Assembly: GCA_018400015.1 (NCBI GenBank)
Contig: JAGYNB010000001.1
Location: forward strand, 70,815 to 134,814
DNA: 64,000 nucleotides
Direction of reading: 5' to 3'
Source of the DNA: Candidatus Omnitrophota bacterium
GTDB taxonomy: Bacteria > Omnitrophota > Gorgyraeia > Gygaellales > Gygaellaceae
In this document: positions 1 through 8,981 of the stretch, piece by piece
Layout of the letters: each line of letters begins with the position of its first letter
How positions within the stretch are numbered: the first letter of the stretch is position 1
The notes under the pieces: generated by a model
What the model was told of the DNA's origin: nothing
What the model saw: only the letters and a program-made list of their open reading frames with translations
The model's database searches: none
Program-made: the position numbers and the translations under genes

Positions 1-1
1 T

Positions 2-658
2 GATGCCCAAGAAGCAGCGGATTTGATTTATTATGTTGTTGATGTATTAAGGTCTCCTGGAGAAGAAGAGCTGAAATTAATAGAAAATATTTCTAAGTTA
101 GACAAGCCATTGATAATGGTATTGAACAAAATAGACAAAGCAGATACTTTTTTATCCAACTACATTGCTCTTTGGAAAAAGTTAGAATTAAAAAGAAATC
201 CCGAATATTTTATGCCTATTTCGGCTCTTACCGGTTTTAATGTTGATAAATTAATTGAGGCGACATTTTCTCTCTTGCCAACTGGCGAAGAGCACTATGA
301 AAAAAATACTACCTTAGATTTTCCGAAAGAGTTGATCGTTGCTGATATAATTAGAGAAAAACTTTTGTTAAACCTAAAGGAAGAGCTACCGCATTCATTG
401 GCTGTAGTGATAGATGAGTTTGAAAGGAGAAACAAAAAACTAATTTTTATAAAAGCAAGAATTATTGTTGAGCGGCCAAGTCAAAAAGAGATTGTTATTG
501 GCAAAAAGGCAATACAGCTGAAGAAAATCGGTACTCTTGCTAGGAAAGATGTGGAAAGAAGATTGAAGAAAATGGTTTATCTTGAAATAAATGTCAGCGT
601 CAATAAGAAATGGCGTGATGATCCCGAGATTTTACACAAATTAAGATATTTTTCTTGA
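2..658 (+). CDS. era: GTPase Era, C-terminal ~219 aa; the 5' end lies outside the window
   Basis: The reading frame is open from position 2. It contains an NKID G4 motif (LNKIDK) followed by a KH-domain-like C-terminus, and Era-like length remains after truncation. Confidence 0.7.
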   Translation, partial: DAQEAADLIYYVVDVLRSPGEEELKLIENISKLDKPLIMVLNKIDKADTFLSNYIALWKKLELKRNPEYFMPISALTGFNVDKLIEATFSLLPTGEEHYEKNTTLDFPKELIVADIIREKLLLNLKEELPHSLAVVIDEFERRNKKLIFIKARIIVERPSQKEIVIGKKAIQLKKIGTLARKDVERRLKKMVYLEINVSVNKKWRDDPEILHKLRYFS

Positions 659-703
659 AATGATAATTCTATTTATAGTAGAATTAGCTTCAAAGAAATT
701 ATT

Positions 704-1141
704 ATGAAGAAAATAATACTTATTTATATTTTCTTATTTATTATCTGTAATATTGGTTTTTCACAAGACGAGATATCTGTAACTGCCAAGGCCAGTAAGC
801 TTTCTATTGATATTAGCGAAGCTTTTACATTTATTATTAAAATCGAAGGTAGCTTTAAGCAAACTCCAAAAATTGAGATGCCCGAATTGATAGATTTTTC
901 TGTTTTGGCTAAAAATAATAGCAGCAGTTTTGTTTTAGTCAAGGGTGAAGCAAAAAGCGTAATAGAGATTGAATTAGTTTTAAAGGCAGTCAGAAACGGA
1001 GAATTGGAAATTCCCCAATGTATCGTTAGGCATAACGATAAAGTATATAAAACTGATTTAATAAAAATTACAGTTTCAGGCAAGATGCCTGCTTTGCCCA
1101 GTCAAGACCAAGCGCAAGATAAAGAGGAGATAACCCTCTGA
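704..1141 (+). CDS. Hypothetical secreted protein
   Basis: It has an N-terminal hydrophobic signal-like segment (MKKIILIYIFLFIICNIGFSQ). I recognised no catalytic motif. Its stop overlaps the next start (TGATG). Confidence 0.35.
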   Translation: MKKIILIYIFLFIICNIGFSQDEISVTAKASKLSIDISEAFTFIIKIEGSFKQTPKIEMPELIDFSVLAKNNSSSFVLVKGEAKSVIEIELVLKAVRNGELEIPQCIVRHNDKVYKTDLIKITVSGKMPALPSQDQAQDKEEITL

Positions 1142-2268
1142 TGATCGATAAAAAGCAGCTTGTTTTGCTTACTCAGAATCTAATCCGTATAAATTCTGAA
1201 AACCCGCCAGGGAATGAAAAAAAATGCGCTCTTTTGATAAGGAAGCATCTAAAAGATGCGGGGTTAAAAGTTGATCTTTACGAATTAAAAAGATTAAGGT
1301 CAAATGTTTTAGCTTATTATAATAGTCCGAAAAGTAAAAAAACCCTTCTTGTCACGGCTCATTTAGATACTGTACCAGCTGGTTCTGGTTGGAGGTTCAA
1401 TCCTTTTAAGGCAAAAATACACAAAAATAGAATTTATGGAAGAGGGGCTTCAGATTGTAAAGGTAATTTAGCCGCGCTCTTGGCCGCTGTAGTTTCTATT
1501 GCAAGAGATAAAGTAGACTTAGGATACAATTTATTATTCTTAGCTTCTAGCGACGAAGAAACAGGAAGCCATCTTGGAATTGTACCTTTATTGGAAAAGA
1601 AAATAATCAGACCTAACGCAGCAGTTATTTTAGACAGTGACGATTTTGGTATTATTACAGCTCAAAAAGGTCTGATTCATTTTAAAGTAAAGATTATTGG
1701 TAAAAAAGCACATGGTGCTTATCCTTATATGGGAGTAAATGCAATTGAGCTTGCCGGTAAAATTATTGTGGAGTTGAAGAAAATTAAATTAACTCACAAA
1801 AAGCACAATTTGTTAAAAGCTCCCACTATTAATATCGGGACTATTGCGGGCGGAGATAAAGTAAATATAGTGGCGGATTGGTGTGAGTTTAGCGTGGATT
1901 TGAGGTTTTTGCCTGGAATGGTCCCCAAACAGATTATTAAGAAAATAAGTAAAATTATTTCTCGCTATACAAAGTCTTTTGTGATAGAAATAGATGATTT
2001 ACAGTTTCCTTACGAGATAGATAATAAACATTTTTTAGTAAAACACTTGCTAAAGGTTTTAAAAGATTATAAAATAGTTTCGAAAATAAAAGGTTCTGAA
2101 GGGGCAACGGTTATAAGCTTTTTTCAGAAACAGGGAATCCCGGCTATTGCAACGGGCTTTAGTAATCCTAATACGATGCATATAAGCGATGAGTATATTG
2201 ATATAGAGAATTTGTATAAAGGGGCACTTGTTTTAGAAAGTTATTTTAAAAACCTATCATTTAAATGA
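1141..2268 (+). CDS. M20 family metallopeptidase (ArgE/DapE-like deacylase)
   Basis: It has the HLDTVP and GASDCKG metal-binding signatures typical of M20 peptidases, and the length fits at 375 aa. Confidence 0.7.
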   Translation: MIDKKQLVLLTQNLIRINSENPPGNEKKCALLIRKHLKDAGLKVDLYELKRLRSNVLAYYNSPKSKKTLLVTAHLDTVPAGSGWRFNPFKAKIHKNRIYGRGASDCKGNLAALLAAVVSIARDKVDLGYNLLFLASSDEETGSHLGIVPLLEKKIIRPNAAVILDSDDFGIITAQKGLIHFKVKIIGKKAHGAYPYMGVNAIELAGKIIVELKKIKLTHKKHNLLKAPTINIGTIAGGDKVNIVADWCEFSVDLRFLPGMVPKQIIKKISKIISRYTKSFVIEIDDLQFPYEIDNKHFLVKHLLKVLKDYKIVSKIKGSEGATVISFFQKQGIPAIATGFSNPNTMHISDEYIDIENLYKGALVLESYFKNLSFK

Positions 2269-3236
2269 AAAGTAAAATAAAGATCATCAAAAAACCGGCA
2301 TTGAAAAATCCCTATTTTATATGTGCCTGGCCAGGTATGGGTGAAGTTGCTTTTAAGGCAGCAAAATTTTTAGTAGATTATCTTAAGGCAGAAGAATTTG
2401 CTATTCTTGATGGAAGTGAGTTTTATTATCCATCAGGAGTAAAAATTGCTAATGGTATCATTAATCTTAATGAAATACCCTACAATAAGTTTTATTTTTT
2501 TAAGAATAAGTTTGGTGGTAGAGATATGATAATTTTTCTAAGCAATTCACAACCCGACTTATCAAAATATCATGAGTACACAGATTTTATATTTAGTTTT
2601 ATTACCCAGTTCAATCCGAAGCTTGTTTTAAGTTTTGCCGCTTTGCCTAGCCCTATTGAGCATATACAAAAACCGTCTCTGCATATTGCTGCAACAAGCG
2701 CAAAAGTACTGAAACTTTTTAAGAATATTGAGTTTAAAATCCTTAAAAATAACCAGATAAGCGGTATGAATGGTATGATAATTGGTATAGCAAAGAAGAA
2801 GAATTTACATGGTGCATGTATTTTGGCAGAGGTACCTCTTTATATGTCGAATATTTCAAATCCCAGAGCTTCCATGACGATAGTTGATATGCTCCAAAAG
2901 TTTGCAGGATTTAATGTAGATACTTATCCTTTGCAGGAAGAATCAAGAGTAATTGAAAGAGAAGTTAATAAGATAATCGATTATTTGAAATCTACTATTC
3001 AGCCAGAACCAATTTCCGAAGATGAGATCGAGCTTATCAAGGATTTACTGAATAAACAAACCAGGGTTCCTGATTCCATAAATAGTAGAATAGAAAGTCT
3101 GTTTAAGTTGGCTCAGCAGGATACTTTTAAGGCAGAAGAGTTAAAAGGGCTTCTTGATAAATGGAATATATACAAACAGTATGAAGATAGATTCTTGGAT
3201 TTGTTCAAGAAATCCGAGAAGAAAGATATGCATTGA
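2265..3236 (+). CDS. PAC2 (proteasome-assembly-chaperone-2-like) family protein
   Basis: The N-terminal region (PYFICAWPGMGEVA...) resembles bacterial and archaeal PAC2-family proteins. This is a family-level call only. Confidence 0.35.
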   Translation: MKSKIKIIKKPALKNPYFICAWPGMGEVAFKAAKFLVDYLKAEEFAILDGSEFYYPSGVKIANGIINLNEIPYNKFYFFKNKFGGRDMIIFLSNSQPDLSKYHEYTDFIFSFITQFNPKLVLSFAALPSPIEHIQKPSLHIAATSAKVLKLFKNIEFKILKNNQISGMNGMIIGIAKKKNLHGACILAEVPLYMSNISNPRASMTIVDMLQKFAGFNVDTYPLQEESRVIEREVNKIIDYLKSTIQPEPISEDEIELIKDLLNKQTRVPDSINSRIESLFKLAQQDTFKAEELKGLLDKWNIYKQYEDRFLDLFKKSEKKDMH

Positions 3237-3269
3237 TCCTGCTTTCTCACTTTCCTCGTTATCCTTACC

Positions 3270-3881
3270 ATGAACATAAAAGGTTTTTTATTCGATTTAG
3301 GTAATGTCTTGGTTGATTTCAATCATTATATCGCTGCTGGAAAGATAGCTGATTTATCGCGTTATGATAAAGACTATATATTTAATCTTTTTTTCGATTC
3401 TCCGATCACCGAAGCATTCGAAGAAGGGAGAATTTCTGCTCAAGATTTTTTTCAAGAGGTTAAAACTACGCTTTCATTGACTATAGGTTACGAAGAATTT
3501 ATAAAAATTTGGAATGGGATTTTCTATATTACTGATAAAAATAAAGCCTGTCTTAATTTTATAAAATTTATTAATCAAAAGTATCCTGTAGTTATGATAT
3601 CGAATATAAATATATTACACTATGAGTATATAAACAGAGAATTCGATATATTTGGTTATTTTGATAAATTGATTCTTTCTTTTGAGGTAAAATCAAGAAA
3701 ACCAAAGAGAGGGATTTATTTTAAGGCAGAGGAGTTTTTGCATGCATCTGCGCAGGAAATTATTTATGCCGATGATAGATCCGATTTAGTTAAGGCAGCA
3801 AAGGATATAGGGTACAATGCCTATATTTTCCAAGATATAGATAACTTTATGAAAGAAGATTTAGTGAAAAAGTATTTATGA
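3270..3881 (+). CDS. HAD superfamily (subfamily IA-like) hydrolase
   Basis: An N-terminal DxG motif (FLFDLGNVLVDF) is present, with a HAD-like core downstream. Confidence 0.55.
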   Translation: MNIKGFLFDLGNVLVDFNHYIAAGKIADLSRYDKDYIFNLFFDSPITEAFEEGRISAQDFFQEVKTTLSLTIGYEEFIKIWNGIFYITDKNKACLNFIKFINQKYPVVMISNINILHYEYINREFDIFGYFDKLILSFEVKSRKPKRGIYFKAEEFLHASAQEIIYADDRSDLVKAAKDIGYNAYIFQDIDNFMKEDLVKKYL

Positions 3882-4618
3882 AAAGAGTTTCTTTTGAAAA
3901 TAAATTTTACAGGGATTGGATTAAAGACAATTCTTTGTATAGAATTAATGTTGTTGAGAAAGAAACTGATCTTTTTATTCAGACGGATAAAAAAATCAAC
4001 AATGATTTAATTTTAAAGCTAGTTATCAATTATAGGGCTCAAATTCAAGATTATATAGACACACATAAAGATTTTCTCTATTCCCTTAAACCGTTAAAGG
4101 TAGAATCTAGAGCTCCTTCGATAGTTAAGCTCATGGCACGTAGCGCTAAGCTTTGCGATGTTGGACCAATGGCTTCTGTTGCTGGGGCAATAGCTGAATT
4201 TATCGGTAAAGAGCTTACGAAATTTGGCTGTAGGGAAGTTTTAATTGAAAACGGAGGAGACCTGTTTATAAAAACGAGTGTTGACAGAATGCTTGCAATT
4301 TATTCTTCTAACAAGAAGCTTAATAAGAAAATATTGTTGAATATTAATTCAAACGATTCTCCTTTGGGGGTTTGCGCTTCATCAGGAACAATAGGCCATT
4401 CTTTAAGTTTTGGCGAGGCTGATTGCGTGGTGATTTGCGCTGAAAATTCTGTTCTTGCCGATGCTGCTGCAACCTCAGCATGCAACATGATAAAATCAAA
4501 AAACGATTTATCTACTGCTATTGAAAAATCAAAAGCCACTAAAGGTATTAAAGGGATAGTGGCAATTATTGATAATAGTTTAGCTGCCTGGGGTAATATT
4601 GTTTTGTCGTCGGGATAA
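3878..4618 (+). CDS. UPF0280/ApbE-like family protein
   Basis: It is 246 aa, overlaps the previous stop, and has a GPMASVAG-type segment reminiscent of the UPF0280/ApbE-like fold. Support is weak. Confidence 0.3.
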   Translation: MKRVSFENKFYRDWIKDNSLYRINVVEKETDLFIQTDKKINNDLILKLVINYRAQIQDYIDTHKDFLYSLKPLKVESRAPSIVKLMARSAKLCDVGPMASVAGAIAEFIGKELTKFGCREVLIENGGDLFIKTSVDRMLAIYSSNKKLNKKILLNINSNDSPLGVCASSGTIGHSLSFGEADCVVICAENSVLADAAATSACNMIKSKNDLSTAIEKSKATKGIKGIVAIIDNSLAAWGNIVLSSG

Positions 4619-4643
4619 TCCAAAATCGAGATTTAAAAAAATC

Positions 4644-4672
4644 TTGACATCGCTTTTTAATTATGATAAAAA
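4644..4672 (+). promoter_or_regulatory. Sigma70-like promoter: TTGACA at 4644-4649, extended -10 TGaTAAAAA
   Basis: TTGACA is followed after about 14-17 bp by TGATAAAAA in the 147-bp gap before the ATP-grasp gene. A weak GGCC-centred hairpin with a T-run at about 4747-4760 lies just upstream of the ATG. Confidence 0.35.
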
Positions 4673-4765
4673 TAATTACATAAGTATTGAGGAAAAGAAG
4701 GAAAATTGAACAAAAATCGATTGCAGGAGGCCAAAAATAAAAGGCCTCTTTTTATTTAAATACCC

Positions 4766-5758
4766 ATGGTAAAAAAAATAGGTTTAACCTTTGATTTAAA
4801 GACCGATTATATACCTAAAGACTCAGATCCTCAGGATATCGTTGCCGAGCTTGATTCTGAAAGGACGATTGGAGAGATTTCTGCTGCGCTTGATGCGAAC
4901 GGGTACGAAGTAGAACTTATCGGAAACACAAAGAATTTACTTAAGAAACTTCCTGAATTGGGGGTGGATCTGGTTTTAAATATCGCCGAGGGTTATAGAG
5001 GGAGGAATAGAGAATCTCAGGTACCTATCCTGTTGGAGATGTTTGATATTCCTTTTATCGGTGCAGATGCCTTGACTTTAGGTTTGACTTTGGACAAGAC
5101 TTTGGCTAAAAAGGTATTTATTGCTGAAAATATTCCTACGCCTGATTTTTTTGAGGTAAATTCAGTTAATGAAGTCGGTAATGCAAATGATTATAAATTT
5201 CCTCTTTTTGTAAAGCCACGACATGAGGGTTCTTCCAAAGGTCTTACGGAAGCTTCCCGGGTTGTTGATATCGAGGGTTTAAAAAAACAAGTTAGGTTGG
5301 TAACTGAGGTTTACAAGCAGCCTGCTTTAGTCGAAGAGTTTATAAAAGGAAGGGAATTTACCGTAGCTATTATTGGTAATGATAATCCAGAGGTATTTCC
5401 TTCGGTTCAGGTTGAAATCGATAATGAAATAAATCTTGGGGATAAATTCTATACTTTTGCCAGAATTACATCCGATAGGCTTAAATATGTTTGTCCTGCA
5501 AAGATACCGGAAAGCCTCGAGAACAAATTAAGAGAATTTGCTTTAAGAGTTTACAGATCAGTTGGTTGCAGGGATTTCGGAAGGGTTGATTTTCGTGTTG
5601 ATGACCAAGACAGACCGTTTGTTTTGGAGATAAATCCTTTACCGATACTGTCCCATGAGGATACGTTTATGATTGTTGCGCAATATAAAAAAATAGGGTA
5701 TAATGGAATCATAAAAATGATAGTTGATGCAGCCATTAATAGATTAAATCTAAATTAA
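4766..5758 (+). CDS. ATP-grasp ligase of the D-alanine--D-alanine ligase family (extra paralog)
   Basis: It has Ddl-like motifs: a central ATP-grasp region (FVKPRHEGSSKG) and a C-terminal LEINPLPIL matching the EINTxPG region. It is not in a mur/fts context. Confidence 0.6.
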   Translation: MVKKIGLTFDLKTDYIPKDSDPQDIVAELDSERTIGEISAALDANGYEVELIGNTKNLLKKLPELGVDLVLNIAEGYRGRNRESQVPILLEMFDIPFIGADALTLGLTLDKTLAKKVFIAENIPTPDFFEVNSVNEVGNANDYKFPLFVKPRHEGSSKGLTEASRVVDIEGLKKQVRLVTEVYKQPALVEEFIKGREFTVAIIGNDNPEVFPSVQVEIDNEINLGDKFYTFARITSDRLKYVCPAKIPESLENKLREFALRVYRSVGCRDFGRVDFRVDDQDRPFVLEINPLPILSHEDTFMIVAQYKKIGYNGIIKMIVDAAINRLNLN

Positions 5759-5773
5759 AAGGAGAATAAATAA

Positions 5774-6985
5774 TTGGCTAACAACTCAACTGATACTTTA
5801 AGTAATACGGTTGATATTACCCAGGATATTGCTAAAAAATCTTCACAACAGCCTTCCAAAAATAAGCGTTTGTATTTTCCCATAGATTACAAACAGATAG
5901 AATTGTTTAAAGATGTTAATCCTTTAGAATGGGAAGATTGGCATTGGCAGATTAAAAACCGCATACGAAGAAAAGAAGAACTTCAGCAGTTAATTAATCT
6001 TACTTTTGAAGAAGAAAAAGGTTTAAAGCTTTCTGACAGCAGACTTTCTGTTGCCATTACTCCTTATTGGGCAACTATGATTGACCCGAATAATCCCAAG
6101 TGTCCGATTAGAAAGCAAATGGTTCCAGTGGCATCGGAATTTCAGGTTGGTAATCATGAGATGAGAGATCCCTGTGCAGAAGATAGAGATTCTCCCGCAC
6201 ATGGTTTGGTACATCGTTATCCGGATAGAGTATTGTTGTTAGCGACCGAACAGTGTGCTTCTTATTGCCGGCATTGTACGAGAAGACGCTTAGTGGGCGA
6301 AAAAAAAGAAATTCCCTCAGTTAATAAACTTGATGCTGCTTATGATTATATCCGCTCCAATAAAAAGATACGAGATGTATTGATCTCAGGAGGCGATCCT
6401 TTGATGCTCGAGGACGAGGCGCTGGAAAATATTTTTAAAAATATTCGTTCTATTTCACATGTGGAATTCTTGAGAATTGGAACAAGAGTTCCAGCTACTC
6501 TTCCTCAGAGAATAACAGAAAATTTATTGAAGATTTTCAAAAAATATGGTCCTATATGGATGAGCATTCATTTTAACCATCCTAAAGAAATTACTAAGCG
6601 TTGTCGTCAGGCATGTGAGATGCTCTCCGATGCCGGGATTCCTTTGGGCAGTCAGACAGTGTTGCTAAAAGATATAAACGATAAACCATTTGTTATGAGA
6701 AAGCTTTTTCATGATCTTTTAAAAATTAGGGTGCGTCCATATTATATCTATCAATGCGATCCTGTAAAGGGAACAGCACATTTTAGGACTCCTGTTGCTG
6801 TAGGAATCAATATAATTGAGAAATTAAGAGGTTATACTTCTGGATACGCTGTGCCGACATACGTTATTGATGCGCCTGGAGGAGGAGGCAAGATACCTAT
6901 CGGACCCAATTATATACTTTCTCAGGCAAAAGGAAGATATACTCTTCGTAATTATAAGGGTAAGATTTATACCTATCTGGAATAG
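5774..6985 (+). CDS. kamA: Lysine 2,3-aminomutase family radical SAM protein (KamA/EpmB family)
   Basis: It has a CASYCRHCTRRR radical-SAM cysteine triad in KamA-type context and is KamA-sized at 403 aa. The start is TTG at 5774, with an AAAAGGAG RBS 9 nt upstream. Confidence 0.7.
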   Translation: MANNSTDTLSNTVDITQDIAKKSSQQPSKNKRLYFPIDYKQIELFKDVNPLEWEDWHWQIKNRIRRKEELQQLINLTFEEEKGLKLSDSRLSVAITPYWATMIDPNNPKCPIRKQMVPVASEFQVGNHEMRDPCAEDRDSPAHGLVHRYPDRVLLLATEQCASYCRHCTRRRLVGEKKEIPSVNKLDAAYDYIRSNKKIRDVLISGGDPLMLEDEALENIFKNIRSISHVEFLRIGTRVPATLPQRITENLLKIFKKYGPIWMSIHFNHPKEITKRCRQACEMLSDAGIPLGSQTVLLKDINDKPFVMRKLFHDLLKIRVRPYYIYQCDPVKGTAHFRTPVAVGINIIEKLRGYTSGYAVPTYVIDAPGGGGKIPIGPNYILSQAKGRYTLRNYKGKIYTYLE

Positions 6986-7026
6986 ACTCAAATCAAATTA
7001 ATACCGGTTAAGTTAAGGAGTTGCAT

Positions 7027-8970
7027 ATGCTGGAAAATAAACGTAATTTCATTTTATTAGGGCATGCGCATTGTGGAAAAACTTCTTTAGCTGAAAGCCT
7101 TTTGTTTAACGCAAAAGCTACAACCCGCAAGGGAACCGTTGATGAAGGCAATACCGTATCTGATTATAACAGCGATGAGATAACGCGGAAAATATCTATA
7201 AGCGCGTCATTTCTGAACTTAAATTATAAAGATCATAATATTCAGATTATCGATGTTCCTGGATATGCTGATTTTGCCGGAGAAGCGGTTTCATGTGCGT
7301 ATGCAGTTGATGCCGCTGTTTTGGTTATCGATGCGGTTAATGGTGTTAGTGTAGGTACAGAATTCGCTTGGGATTTAACCGATAAATTAAGATTGCCAAG
7401 AATAGTTTTTATCAATAAGCTGGATAAGGAAAATACAAGTTTTGACAAAACATTAGAAGATATAAAGTCAGTTTTTGGTAATAAGTTTTTTGTTTTGGGA
7501 AAATTAGATGATCCGTCATTAATCGAAGTTGTTGCTGAAAGTGATGATAAGCTGCTGGAAAAATACCTTGATTCGGGCACGCTTTCTCAGGAAGAAGTAG
7601 CACATGGTTTAAGGGAAGCGATTGATAATGCAAAGTTATTTCCGGTAATAGGAGGCAGTGTAGCCGAAGATAAAGGAATAGGAGAGCTTCTGCAGGCAAT
7701 AGTGGATTATTTACCGTCGCCATTAGAAAGGCCGGAAATAGAAAAAAAGGCTGAAAGCGGAGAAATGATAAAGTTGGATTTAAATGATCAAAAGTTGTCC
7801 GCTTTTGTTTTTAAGAGTCTAATCGATCCTTATGTGGGGCAGCTGAGTATTATTAGAGTTTTTTCCGGGAGCCTAAAGGCCAACACCTCTTTTTATAATA
7901 TATCCAGGTCTTTGAAAGAAAGAATAGGTACAATTTATATAATGCAGGGTAAGGAACAAAAATCTATCGATGAAGCAACAGCCGGAGATATAATCGCTGT
8001 TGCAAAATTAAAGGATACGCATAGTGGAGATTCTCTTTCTGGCGACGACAAGGGGTTTATATTTATGCCGTTAGCATTTCCGGAATCAGCGATATCTTTT
8101 TCTGTTAAGCCAAAATCACGCGAAGACGAAGAAAAGATTTCCGGAGCCTTGGCAAAGCTTGCCAATGAGGATCCTACATTTAACGTGGGTAGAGACCCGC
8201 AGACTAAGGAATTAATCATTTCCGGGCTTGGTGACTTGCATCTTGAAGTAATGATTTCACGGCTTAAAGAAAGATTTAAAGTCGAAGTTGAATTAGGGAC
8301 GCCTAAGATTCCTTATAAAGAAACAATTAGAAAAAGTGCTAAGGCCCAAGGTAAATATAAAAAACAATCCGGAGGAAGAGGCCAATATGGAGATGTTTGG
8401 CTTGAGATTAAACCGCTTGGGCGAGGCGGGGGATTTGAGTTTGAAGATAAGATTTTTGGAGGAGCGATTCCGAAAAATTACGTTCCGTCAGTTGAAAAAG
8501 GTGTTCGTCAAACAATGGCTCAAGGAGTTGTGGCAGGTTGTCCTGTGGAGGATATAAAAGTAATTGTATATGATGGCTCATATCATCCGGTAGATTCTTC
8601 TGATATGGCCTTTCAGATTGCCGGCCGGATGGCTTTTAGAAAGGCAGTTCAAGATTCAGGACCGGTTCTTTTAGAGCCGATTATGGATGTAGAAATTTCC
8701 ATTCCGGAGGATTTCCTGGGACAGATTTCCGGGGATATAAACTCCCGTAGAGGTAGAGTTATGGGCATGGAAGTAAAAGGAAAGACTCAAATAGTAAAGG
8801 CTAAAGTTCCTTTATCCGAAATGTTCAAATATGCAAACGATCTTCGCTCTATGACCGGAGGAAGAGGTTCTTATGTTATGCGATTTTCTTCCTATGAAGA
8901 AGTTCCTTCCCGGGTTGCCTCAACGATTATTGATAATTACCAAAAGACCCAGAAACATGAAGAAGAATAG
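7027..8970 (+). CDS. Divergent translational GTPase of the EF-G / ribosomal-protection (Tet(M)/Tet(O)-like) superfamily
   Basis: The G1 motif is GHAHCGKTS, G3 is DVPGYADF and G4 is NKLD. EF-G-like domains follow (DPYVGQLSIIRVFSG). It is about 647 aa, shorter than the ~700 aa of EF-G and close to RPP size. I prefer the ATG at 7027 (RBS AAGGAG 6 nt upstream) over the TTG at 7021. Confidence 0.65.
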   Translation: MLENKRNFILLGHAHCGKTSLAESLLFNAKATTRKGTVDEGNTVSDYNSDEITRKISISASFLNLNYKDHNIQIIDVPGYADFAGEAVSCAYAVDAAVLVIDAVNGVSVGTEFAWDLTDKLRLPRIVFINKLDKENTSFDKTLEDIKSVFGNKFFVLGKLDDPSLIEVVAESDDKLLEKYLDSGTLSQEEVAHGLREAIDNAKLFPVIGGSVAEDKGIGELLQAIVDYLPSPLERPEIEKKAESGEMIKLDLNDQKLSAFVFKSLIDPYVGQLSIIRVFSGSLKANTSFYNISRSLKERIGTIYIMQGKEQKSIDEATAGDIIAVAKLKDTHSGDSLSGDDKGFIFMPLAFPESAISFSVKPKSREDEEKISGALAKLANEDPTFNVGRDPQTKELIISGLGDLHLEVMISRLKERFKVEVELGTPKIPYKETIRKSAKAQGKYKKQSGGRGQYGDVWLEIKPLGRGGGFEFEDKIFGGAIPKNYVPSVEKGVRQTMAQGVVAGCPVEDIKVIVYDGSYHPVDSSDMAFQIAGRMAFRKAVQDSGPVLLEPIMDVEISIPEDFLGQISGDINSRRGRVMGMEVKGKTQIVKAKVPLSEMFKYANDLRSMTGGRGSYVMRFSSYEEVPSRVASTIIDNYQKTQKHEEE

Positions 8971-8981
8971 GGGCTATAACG

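Noticed and set aside
664-684. Perfect 7-bp inverted repeat AATTCTA-7-TAGAATT between era and the next gene
   Set aside because: It is too short and AT-rich to call as a terminator or operator. It could be chance in roughly 35% GC DNA.
724-1083. 119-aa ORF on the minus strand, wholly inside the + strand secreted-protein gene
   Set aside because: It is an antisense shadow ORF in AT-rich DNA. It has no RBS or start context and lies inside a better-supported co-directional operon gene.
4735-4760. Possible terminator AAAAGGCCTCTTTTT before the ATP-grasp gene
   Set aside because: The stem is only about 4-6 bp and imperfect. I kept it as a comment on the promoter feature rather than as a terminator call.
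7021-7026. TTG start for the EF-G-like gene
   Set aside because: The AAGGAG lies immediately against this TTG with zero spacing. The in-frame ATG at 7027 has ideal 6-nt spacing.
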